A stretch of 36,147 bases of DNA. Source: a virus. Position 1 is the stretch's first letter. Every line of letters starts with the position of its first letter. The notes beneath the pieces are model-generated. The model worked only from the letters and a program-made list of their open reading frames with translations, ran no database searches and was not told where the DNA came from. The stretch is from positions 1-36,147 of the IMG/VR virus record IMGVR_UViG_3300027931_000002; one strand, written 5' to 3'. Position numbers and translations under genes: made by a program. Of this stretch, positions 24,492 to 31,225 are shown piece by piece.

Positions 24492-24579
24492 AATTAAAAT
24501 TATACTATCACCTTTTTAAAGCTGTGTGAAAGAGAAAACTTTAAAAATTGTGATGTAATAATTTATGTTAGTGAGAAGC

Positions 24580-24882
24580 ATGCTAGTTACAATTGAAAAA
24601 GAAATTTATGATAAATTAAAAGAAGATGCACAGAAAAAAGCAATAAGCGTAGGTGCTGTAATCAGAGAGATACTATTAAATTATTTTAACTTAGAAGATG
24701 ATACTAAAGCATATTCGAAAAAGGAAATAAGCAATGAAATAATAATAGTGGGAGATAAACAATATGTCAGATTACAGATGAGAATGTCAAAAGAAAATGA
24801 ATTATTGATTAAAAACGAGCTAAGAAAAAGAAATATGAGTGTAAATCAACTTCTAAAAAATGAAATCCTACTTACAGCATAA
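24580..24882 (+). CDS. Double RHH DNA-binding protein, 100 aa
   Basis: Units MLVTIEKEIYDKLKEDAQKKAISVGAVIREILLNYF and YVRLQMRMSKENELLIKNELRKRNMSVNQLLKNEIL. ATG 24565 is an alternative start. Confidence 0.6.
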   Translation: MLVTIEKEIYDKLKEDAQKKAISVGAVIREILLNYFNLEDDTKAYSKKEISNEIIIVGDKQYVRLQMRMSKENELLIKNELRKRNMSVNQLLKNEILLTA

Positions 24883-24890
24883 AAAAATTA

Positions 24891-25247
24891 TCATATACAT
24901 GGATTAGGGTCGTCACGCTTATACACATGGAACAACCACAGTGTATACCCTATTTTCTCAAGTTCCTCAACTGATTTTATGATTTGTCCTTCTTCTAATC
25001 TTCTTTTCAAAAGGAATACTAACAGTTTATCTCCTGGTTGTAACTCTATCTGTATTCTGTTGAATGGAATCTCAACACGTAGAACATTCGTTAACAGTTC
25101 AGCTGTAGCTTTATGACCCAGAGCAGATATGAAATACTCTTTCTCTAGCATTTCCTTTGCTTCTTCTATTGAAATTTGCCTAGCAGAAATAAGGTATTTT
25201 TCCCCTTCCTTCAAGGGAAGGGTAGCACTATTTAGAACGTAGAGCAT
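24891..25247 (-). CDS. acrIII-1: DUF1874 / AcrIII-1-type viral ring nuclease homologue (118 aa)
   Basis: LNSATLPL..., ISALGHKATAELL (the family's conserved GH) and RRLEEGQII (conserved RLEEG), matching my recollection of SIRV1 gp29 (SIGHDSTIQLI, QRLEEGKIL). ATG 25247 lies about 26 nt from the TATA at 25270-25278. The track start at 25268 is TTG. Confidence 0.85.
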   Translation of the reverse strand: MLYVLNSATLPLKEGEKYLISARQISIEEAKEMLEKEYFISALGHKATAELLTNVLRVEIPFNRIQIELQPGDKLLVFLLKRRLEEGQIIKSVEELEKIGYTLWLFHVYKRDDPNPCI

Positions 25248-25303
25248 AATTACTGATATGTAAAACAACTATATAAATCTTTCTGAAATAACTATATAAA
25301 TAA
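25248..25303. promoter_or_regulatory. Divergent promoter region with direct repeat AACTATATAAAT x2
   Basis: AACTATATAAAT occurs at 25267-25278 and 25290-25301. On the minus strand the first copy reads AAAGATTTATATA (25282->25270), the same 13-mer as upstream of 27182..27469 and 27597..27944. Confidence 0.6.
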
Positions 25304-25331
25304 TTAAGCACGAAATATATAGTGATGAAAA

Positions 25332-25613
25332 ATGGGGTATACAATAAGAATCCCGAAAAAATATTTCCACAAATTGAAAAGTATATGTGAAAATTATAAT
25401 AGTTATAGGGAATGCGTCCTGAAAGAAATAGAGAAAAAGTATAATTATGAAATTTATAATTCAAAAAAGCCCCACGATATGAGAATATATGCTGATACAG
25501 TACCGAAACCAATTTTCATAATATTCTTTCAAGAAGAGAGTAAAAAATTGGAGGAATTAGCAAAAAAACTAGGAAAAACTAAATATGAGATAATAATGAG
25601 TATTTTTGAGTAA
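25332..25613 (+). CDS. Double RHH-like DNA-binding protein, 93 aa
   Basis: Units YTIRIPKKYFHKLKSICENY... and IFIIFFQEESKKLEELAKKLGKTKYEIIMSIF. The overlapping minus-strand ORF 25228..25512 was judged spurious. Confidence 0.55.
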   Translation: MGYTIRIPKKYFHKLKSICENYNSYRECVLKEIEKKYNYEIYNSKKPHDMRIYADTVPKPIFIIFFQEESKKLEELAKKLGKTKYEIIMSIFE

Positions 25614-25634
25614 AAAATAAAAAATTAACTTTTT

Positions 25635-26006
25635 TTAATCTTTCGCTTCATTAAAAGTATAGAAATTAAGTTTTCCCATTTCCAATGGTATTACCACAAT
25701 ACCATGTTCTGGATGGACTAATATTGTTTTTTCTTGTAATGGTATAATAAAATGATTATTAGCAAATACCCAAATATTACTAGCTACATTACTATCCTTT
25801 CTATTGCACTCATGTAACCATGCATTTCTTAGTCCTCTTCTCCTTCTATCAGAGATAAGAAAATTTGTGACCACCAGGTCTCCTTGACGCACTACAAATT
25901 TTTCATCTTTCCTTATCAGATTTGTTAAATCGTACCTATCATATACAGACGCTTCAAAAAAATTAATTTGACTTAGATTTTTTTGAATCTGGATTTGGAG
26001 ACTCAT
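25635..26006 (-). CDS. Hypothetical protein, 123 aa
   Basis: ORF track entry. No motif recognised. Confidence 0.55.
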   Translation of the reverse strand: MSLQIQIQKNLSQINFFEASVYDRYDLTNLIRKDEKFVVRQGDLVVTNFLISDRRRRGLRNAWLHECNRKDSNVASNIWVFANNHFIIPLQEKTILVHPEHGIVVIPLEMGKLNFYTFNEAKD

Positions 26007-26074
26007 GTTTCTTCATTATAAATTGTTATCTCACAAACTTATAAACTTTTGCTTCTATATAATTATGATAAAAC

Positions 26075-27076
26075 ATGATGAGAAAAGAAGACCCGAATAT
26101 CCAATATTTAAAATATGTAATAAAGAATTTTGATAATTTTTTAACAGATGTTGAATACGTTTACAAGAAAAATTATAAAATCAGAGATTATGAGTACATT
26201 CTACATAAATTAAATGAAAAAATGATTTTTATGTATATATTCCACAATAAAATAGAGATTGTAAAGAAAAACGAAAATAAATTTGAAGTTACTGTAAATT
26301 TAGATAACTTCCTAACTATTGCTACAATGAGAAGAATTACTAAATTCGTGAAAACTGAAAATAAACATTATTATAATTATTTATTGTCATATTATCACGG
26401 CACATGGCATTTTGTTTTTGATAATTTAATAATTCCAATAAGATACAATTCGAGATTAATAAGACTTACTATAATTAAAAAACCACAAAAATATTACTTA
26501 ACACTACCAGAATTAGAAATAAAACCTTTACCAGATGAAAAATACGGATTTCCAATAATTCCTAATGAGCTGTATTTGTATGAGATAAACGGTAAAAAAG
26601 TGGAAAAAATAATAAAGCATTACAAAAAGAAATACAAAGGCATGCCATATATAATAAGAATAAAATTACAAAACAGAAAAATTGAGTACGCAATATACAA
26701 ATTCTTAGTAAACAAAGAAATATTCAAAAGATATGAGGAGAAAATGCCACCATTGGTATTCAGAATTAATAATAATGAAATTCCAGAACATTCATGGTAT
26801 TTTACTAATATATATGTACCTAATTTACAAGCGATTAGAGGTGGTAGATTTCCTAGCTTTAATCACACAGTAATTCAAGATTATGATGATGACGGTGTCA
26901 ATCAAATTTTATTAAAGCTTATAACAATTTCGAATAACAGTTTCCTATGCGGTGTTGATTATTCGAATAGTCTATGGTGTATGAGATTACCTGGATTTAT
27001 GTATAAGTACAAAATAAAATCAGTTTACAAAGTATTGTATGAATTAGATGAAAAAACGAAAATCTTTGAGTTTTAA
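26075..27076 (+). CDS. Hypothetical Lys/Asn/Tyr-rich protein, 333 aa
   Basis: Long ORF in the most AT-rich part of the genome. No motif recognised. Confidence 0.6.
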   Translation: MMRKEDPNIQYLKYVIKNFDNFLTDVEYVYKKNYKIRDYEYILHKLNEKMIFMYIFHNKIEIVKKNENKFEVTVNLDNFLTIATMRRITKFVKTENKHYYNYLLSYYHGTWHFVFDNLIIPIRYNSRLIRLTIIKKPQKYYLTLPELEIKPLPDEKYGFPIIPNELYLYEINGKKVEKIIKHYKKKYKGMPYIIRIKLQNRKIEYAIYKFLVNKEIFKRYEEKMPPLVFRINNNEIPEHSWYFTNIYVPNLQAIRGGRFPSFNHTVIQDYDDDGVNQILLKLITISNNSFLCGVDYSNSLWCMRLPGFMYKYKIKSVYKVLYELDEKTKIFEF

Positions 27077-27081
27077 CCTTT

Positions 27082-27115
27082 TTTTTATATACACGTTTTT
27101 CTCTTCATCAAGAAG
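27082..27115 (-). promoter_or_regulatory. Orphan copy of the motif-B promoter module (CTTCTTGATGAAGAG - N7 - TGTATATAAAAAA on the minus strand)
   Basis: The plus strand at 27101-27115 reads CTCTTCATCAAGAAG. On the minus strand the motif is followed by a TATA-like box pointing into the 3' end of 26075..27076, where there is no minus-strand ORF. Confidence 0.4.
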
Positions 27116-27181
27116 TATCAGAAAAATTTATATATATTAAAACGATATGAGAAGAATGAAAAATAAAAAAAAGAGGATAAA

Positions 27182-27469
27182 TTATTTGAGCAAAAAGATA
27201 TAATGATAGATGTTTTCGCATATTCCTTCATCCTTCCTAAAAGAAATTAAAATAGCATTTTTATATAACCTTCTCTGTACTATATCTAAGACCACATCTA
27301 AATCATTCCTTATTCCATTATCTTTGCAATAATATTGCACCTCATATATTAGTAAAATATTATCTAGTACATGCACATCAAAAAAAGAGCGTTTAGTTGA
27401 AATTGAAAAAATCTGTTCACCCTTATTAAACATTTCATTAAATTCGAATATATTTATCTTTCCTATCAT
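27182..27469 (-). CDS. Hypothetical small protein, 95 aa
   Basis: The track start at 27493 abuts the TATA run (27494-27511). The next in-frame ATG at 27469 (MIGKINIF...) fits a TSS about 25 nt from the TATA. Confidence 0.5.
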   Translation of the reverse strand: MIGKINIFEFNEMFNKGEQIFSISTKRSFFDVHVLDNILLIYEVQYYCKDNGIRNDLDVVLDIVQRRLYKNAILISFRKDEGICENIYHYIFLLK

Positions 27470-27493
27470 AACTACCACTACTATACTATTCAT

Positions 27494-27531
27494 TTTATAT
27501 ATATATAAATCTTTGTCTCTTCATCAAGAAG
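27494..27531 (-). promoter_or_regulatory. Motif-B promoter: CTTCTTGATGAAGAG (27531->27517) - AC - AAAGATTTATATATATATAAAA
   Basis: Read on the minus strand. It shares about 85 percent identity over about 36 nt with 27969-28004. Confidence 0.6.
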
Positions 27532-27596
27532 GAGAGAAGTGAAAGAACTGTAAAAAAATTACATATAAGAGAAAAATTTGGAACAAAAAAAAGAGA

Positions 27597-27944
27597 TTAG
27601 AATAAGAATATTAACTTGTTATTCGTATAGTATATTCCCGATAACGCAATTTCTAAATTTGTTTTCGGAATTTTTAATTCACTTCTGTACTGTTTGGGGA
27701 AAGCTTCATAGTATATTATTTCTATTTCCTTTTCCTTATTTACTACAGTTAAAAATTTATCTTTATCAATATGTACATCTATTTCACCATATGGTAACAG
27801 ATTTGCAATAAATATCTTCCCCTCTATTACTATTTTTTCTGAAATTTTGTTTTTTTCTTCTCTATATGGTATGTTATTTGTCTCAAAAAAATTTTTTATT
27901 TGACTTTTAATTCTTTGTTTTTTCTCTTCTATTACGTTTTGCAT
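27597..27944 (-). CDS. Hypothetical small protein, 115 aa
   Basis: ORF track entry with a motif-B promoter upstream at appropriate spacing. Confidence 0.55.
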   Translation of the reverse strand: MQNVIEEKKQRIKSQIKNFFETNNIPYREEKNKISEKIVIEGKIFIANLLPYGEIDVHIDKDKFLTVVNKEKEIEIIYYEAFPKQYRSELKIPKTNLEIALSGIYYTNNKLIFLF

Positions 27945-27970
27945 ATTTTTCCCCTCTATATTATTCCTCT

Positions 27971-28004
27971 TTTATATATATAAATCTTTTTCTTCATTAA
28001 GAGA
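27971..28004 (-). promoter_or_regulatory. Motif-B promoter variant: TCTCTTAATGAAGA - A - AAAGATTTATATATATAAA
   Basis: The plus strand at 27991-28004 reads TCTTCATTAAGAGA (11 of 14 match to copy 2). The TATA run is at 27971-27984. Confidence 0.55.
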
Positions 28005-28084
28005 ATGGCTTCATGTTGTGGCACAGAATCTCAATATTGTAATAATATTTGTAAAAATTGAAAAATTGTTTGAATACTTTTTTG

Positions 28085-28103
28085 TACACTTAAATTAAGT
28101 GTA
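28085..28103. repeat. Perfect 19-bp palindrome TACACTTAAATTAAGTGTA
   Basis: 9-bp arms around a central A, located in the 480-bp non-coding region. Confidence 0.85.
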
Positions 28104-28136
28104 TAAATTAGATTTCAAACAAAAAATCTCATATTA

Positions 28137-28221
28137 CTGAAAAAAATTGTGCTGAAAAAATTTTTGCTTGAATTTTTTAACGGCTGCAAATGAAAAAAAT
28201 TGAAAAAATTTCCGAAAAAAG
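28137..28221. repeat. A-tract/T-tract repeat array
   Basis: Tandem 15-mers CTGAAAAAAATTGTG (28137-28151) and CTGAAAAAATTTTTG (28152-28166). Three A6-7 tracts then follow at an exact 10-nt period: TGAAAAAAAT, TGAAAAAATT, TCCGAAAAAA (28191-28220). Confidence 0.8.
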
Positions 28222-28370
28222 ATTTTACTGATTTGAGTTAACCCAAACCACTAAAATTTTTTAAATATAAACGATTTTACGCCCTAATTTGCCCTAAAAA
28301 TAAGGGAAAAGAAGGAGAAAAAACAAAAATTAAGAGTTTAAAAATATTTCTAGTAAACTGACAAGAGGAA

Positions 28371-28404
28371 TTTTAAAACTTTTTTGTATCCAGACTGAAA
28401 GTAA
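28371..28404 (+). promoter_or_regulatory. Orphan class-I-like module: TTTTAAAA (28371-28378) - N6 - TGTATCCA (28385-28392), with no ATG at +19
   Basis: Same element order as the four class I promoters, but position 28404 is ATT and there is no plus-strand ORF downstream. It faces the 3' end of the minus-strand ORF 28426..28620. Confidence 0.4.
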
Positions 28405-28413
28405 TTGTAAGTC

Positions 28414-28437
28414 CTTTCAATTCAATCACTGATAATC
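28414..28437 (-). repeat. Solitary CRISPR-repeat-like 24-mer GATTATCAGTGATTGAATTGAAAG
   Basis: On the minus strand it starts GATTA and ends GAATTGAAAG, like the Sulfolobales repeats as I recall them (GATTAATCCCAAAAGGAATTGAAAG and GATAATCTCTTATAGAATTGAAAG). No second copy occurs within 100 nt. Confidence 0.35.
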
Positions 28438-28620
28438 TGAATTAACGAGACTAAATTTTTCTACTAAAAGATGTACATTTTCAATCGGTATACAATTGAA
28501 AATTTCCACTGTACCATTTCTTATCAATTTTAGTGAAACAAAAATACGATTAGATTTTATCTCAACATGTAGAATTTCATATTTTATGCCCATGTAGATA
28601 AACTTAATGAGTATTACCAT
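28426..28620 (-). CDS. Hypothetical small protein, 64 aa
   Basis: ORF track entry, 76 nt downstream of the helicase gene and possibly co-transcribed. Its own promoter is weak and its 3' end overlaps the repeat-like 24-mer. Confidence 0.4.
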   Translation of the reverse strand: MVILIKFIYMGIKYEILHVEIKSNRIFVSLKLIRNGTVEIFNCIPIENVHLLVEKFSLVNSDYQ

Positions 28621-28696
28621 TTAAAGCAAAAAACAAGATATTACCAAAATGACCAGAATATTATCTAAAAAATGAGAAAAATTATTAGTAAAAAAA

Positions 28697-30388
28697 TCAA
28701 ATTGACTTAATTGAAATTATTCCTTCATATTCGTTTTGAACGAATTTTTTACGATTATCTGCTTGTCTCTGGAAAATATCAGAATTGTAAGCAATATCTA
28801 GTATGTATCCTTTTTGTTTACTTTGCCACGGTCTCATTACACGCCCAATACGCTGAATTAATTTAATTCTTGATTTCCCTTGAGATAGAAGTACTACTAA
28901 AGATAATTGTGGAATATCTAAACCCTCATCAGCTAAAGAAGTAGCTATTAAAACTTTCAGTTTTCCGTTCTTCAGATTTTCTATTTTTTCAATACGTTCT
29001 TCTAAAGAAGTTTTTGAACTAACCCAATCCGCAATAATTCCATTTTCATTAAACATTTCTGAAAGTTTTTTGGCTATTGGAATTCTCCTAACAATAATAA
29101 GAGCGGGATATTTATTCAAAGACTTTACTTTTTCAATAATCTGCTTATTTGTATATGGTGACTGTTCAAAGATTCTTATCAAAACACTATACTCTTTTGC
29201 AAATGGTTGGTCAGCAAAATACTGTTTTGTTAACTGTATTTTATTGTAAATTTTCTCACTAATTTTCGGTGTAAACTGAATATACTCAATTGGTACTAAA
29301 TAATGATTTTTAACTAATTCAGTATAATCTATTGAATATGATATTTTCCCTAGTAACCCTAAAATTTCAAGTTCACGCCCATCTTCTCTAATAGGAGTAG
29401 CTGATAGACCTAGTCTTATTGAATTTGGTGAATCTAAAAGTAAGCTCTTTATCATGCTTGCGGGTGTATGATGAGCCTCATCTATAATAATTAAATCAGA
29501 ATTTTGTATTAATTCCTTTAATTTTTGGTTCTGATTTTTCTTTTTCTGACTATAGTAATAACTTACTGATAATGCTATGAAATCAGATTTTTCACCTTTT
29601 TCAATTTCATTTATTTCTCCTGATACTAAAAGGAATGGTAAGTCTTCTCTTTTTGCAAATTGTTGAAATTGTTTTAATAACGTTGTTGAATTTACAGCGT
29701 AAATAATTTTTGAATTTGGTTTATTCTTTAGCATTTCTAATGCTGATAAAATAGCAATTACACTTTTTCCACTTCCTGTTGGTGCTTTTACTATTCCTTC
29801 TCCTACTGTATTAATATCAGAAATCCATGATTTTATACTATTTATTTGGTAATCTCTTATTTCAAAGTTCTTTAGAGAAATATTATAAAATTGCATATTT
29901 GTAAATGGCTTTATTTTTAGATTTGTAACATTTTGTAATTTCCAGTAAAGCCCTCTCAATGTAGCAAAATTGTTTCCTCTTTGCCATGCTAGTAATATTG
30001 GAGTTTCAATATACTGACCTTGAATATGGTCAAAAGTTTTGATTTTATATGTTAGTAAATCCTTATACTTCTCTAAATCATCGAAAACTATTAGATAATT
30101 CCCCCTAAATTCCACATATACTGTATTATCATTATCCTTCAAATAATCACCAAAGGCATTATAAATTTCATCCCCTACATAATTCGATAATCCTTTAATG
30201 ATTTCTTTCAATTCATTATTATTAATTCTGGAGATTTTAAATTCATTAACATACCATTTTTTAGTATTTGGGTCAAAATTTCCAATTAGTTTTACAAGTT
30301 CTAAATATTCTTGAAATTCACTTCTAGATAAGTATCTTTTTGGAGATGGTATTAGAATTTTATTTTGATTTTGAGTATTATTGGACAT
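28697..30388 (-). CDS. SF2 DNA helicase (DEAH, XPB/Rad25- or restriction-Res-like), 563 aa
   Basis: Motifs KAPTGSGKS (I), IIIDEAHH (II), LGLSATP (III), ATSLADEGLDIP (V) and QRIGRVMRP (VI). The start is moved to ATG 30388 (MSNNTQNQ...). The track extension covers the divergent promoter region. Confidence 0.85.
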   Translation of the reverse strand: MSNNTQNQNKILIPSPKRYLSRSEFQEYLELVKLIGNFDPNTKKWYVNEFKISRINNNELKEIIKGLSNYVGDEIYNAFGDYLKDNDNTVYVEFRGNYLIVFDDLEKYKDLLTYKIKTFDHIQGQYIETPILLAWQRGNNFATLRGLYWKLQNVTNLKIKPFTNMQFYNISLKNFEIRDYQINSIKSWISDINTVGEGIVKAPTGSGKSVIAILSALEMLKNKPNSKIIYAVNSTTLLKQFQQFAKREDLPFLLVSGEINEIEKGEKSDFIALSVSYYYSQKKKNQNQKLKELIQNSDLIIIDEAHHTPASMIKSLLLDSPNSIRLGLSATPIREDGRELEILGLLGKISYSIDYTELVKNHYLVPIEYIQFTPKISEKIYNKIQLTKQYFADQPFAKEYSVLIRIFEQSPYTNKQIIEKVKSLNKYPALIIVRRIPIAKKLSEMFNENGIIADWVSSKTSLEERIEKIENLKNGKLKVLIATSLADEGLDIPQLSLVVLLSQGKSRIKLIQRIGRVMRPWQSKQKGYILDIAYNSDIFQRQADNRKKFVQNEYEGIISIKSI

Positions 30389-30442
30389 ACTTCTTCTATT
30401 ATATATATATGATTGCCAGTTTAAAAAGGTTATCTCATCTTT

Positions 30443-30484
30443 TTCTTGATGAAGAGCAAGGAAAAGAAAAAGTTTAAATATAAA
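30443..30484 (+). promoter_or_regulatory. Motif-B promoter in plus orientation: TTCTTGATGAAGAG (30443-30456) - N16 - TTTAAATATAAA (30473-30484)
   Basis: The motif-then-TATA order is the same as in the three minus-strand copies. The predicted TSS is near 30503-30507. Confidence 0.5.
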
Positions 30485-30512
30485 TGATAGCACAATTTAT
30501 GATAATGAGAAC

Positions 30513-30662
30513 ATGCCCTCTTTCGAGGAATGTCAAAAAATAATAAACCCTCAAGGGTTACCCCTTGAGGCATTAAGTAAAAGCGAGAGAATTTTTTTAG
30601 ATTTTTGTGAATATTTCGACACATACCCACAAAAAATAAAGGAGGTAGTTAGATCATGGTAA
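30513..30662 (+). CDS. Small ORF, 49 aa (below the track cutoff)
   Basis: Hand translation gives MPSFEECQKIINPQGLPLEALSKSERIFLDFCEYFDTYPQKIKEVVRSW. It starts just after the predicted TSS, and its stop overlaps the next start as ATGGTAA (30656-30662). Confidence 0.3.
   Translation: MPSFEECQKIINPQGLPLEALSKSERIFLDFCEYFDTYPQKIKEVVRSW
30549..30570 (+). other. GC-rich hairpin CCTCAAGGG-TTAC-CCCTTGAGG
   Basis: Perfect 9-bp stem with a 4-nt loop in an otherwise AT-rich leader/small ORF. Confidence 0.7.
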
Positions 30663-31219
30663 ATAAAGAAAAATCAATTAAAGAAGAACTAAGAGAAGAA
30701 GAAGAAACAGAAGAAATAGTAGAACAAGAAGCACAAACACAAAAAATAGAAGTACAAGAAGAAGCAAAAAATGATGAATTAACGCTACCGTTTAGCAGAG
30801 AAAACATCAAAAACTATTTGTGGCATATAATAATCATCAAAAAAGTAGAAATAAGGGATGTAATACTAAAGAAGACAAACCAACCCGCTCAAATCTCATA
30901 TATCGATGGATACGCAATCTCTGACCCGAAAATTGAAGAAAGAATAATCGAAACACTAAAAGACCAACAAACGATACCAATCGACCTCATTAAAGAGGTA
31001 AATAAAGTAAAAAGAGAAGTGTACTTGTACTCAAGTTCTCAAGGCGTATACTACAGTCTGATGAGAAATGTGATTCCAAAACTTAAGTCAGGAGCCGTAA
31101 TAGTAGGAATTGTGTATCAACAGTCAGACTATCCACAACCCACTATAACACTAGAACACCCCGCAAAAATACCAATACTAAAAGAACAGTATGAGGCATT
31201 AGAAAAAGCAAAGAGGTGA
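30656..31219 (+). CDS. Hypothetical protein with acidic N-terminus, 187 aa
   Basis: SD-like AAGGAGGT lies 8 nt upstream. First large gene of the plus-strand replication/repair arm. Confidence 0.65.
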   Translation: MVNKEKSIKEELREEEETEEIVEQEAQTQKIEVQEEAKNDELTLPFSRENIKNYLWHIIIIKKVEIRDVILKKTNQPAQISYIDGYAISDPKIEERIIETLKDQQTIPIDLIKEVNKVKREVYLYSSSQGVYYSLMRNVIPKLKSGAVIVGIVYQQSDYPQPTITLEHPAKIPILKEQYEALEKAKR

Positions 31220-31225
31220 TAATTA

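Noticed and set aside
24535-24549. Exact 15-mer AAAACTTTAAAAATT shared by the upstream regions of 24565/24580 and 31861 (31828-31842), together with AAATTATACTA at 24496-24506 and 31838-31848
   Set aside because: These are low-complexity A/T strings containing a generic TATA-like TTTAAAAA. An exact repeat of this type is not clearly beyond chance in a genome this AT-rich, and the two pieces occur in a different order at the two sites.
28330-28500. Possible virus-borne mini-CRISPR array (repeat-spacer-repeat) around the repeat-like 24-mer
   Set aside because: I looked on both sides at the expected 60-70 nt periodicity and found no second copy or degenerate copy of the 24-mer. Only the AT-rich hairpin ATTTTCAAT-N9-ATTGAAAAT (28477-28503) shares a few bases. 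It is therefore reported only as a solitary repeat-like unit.
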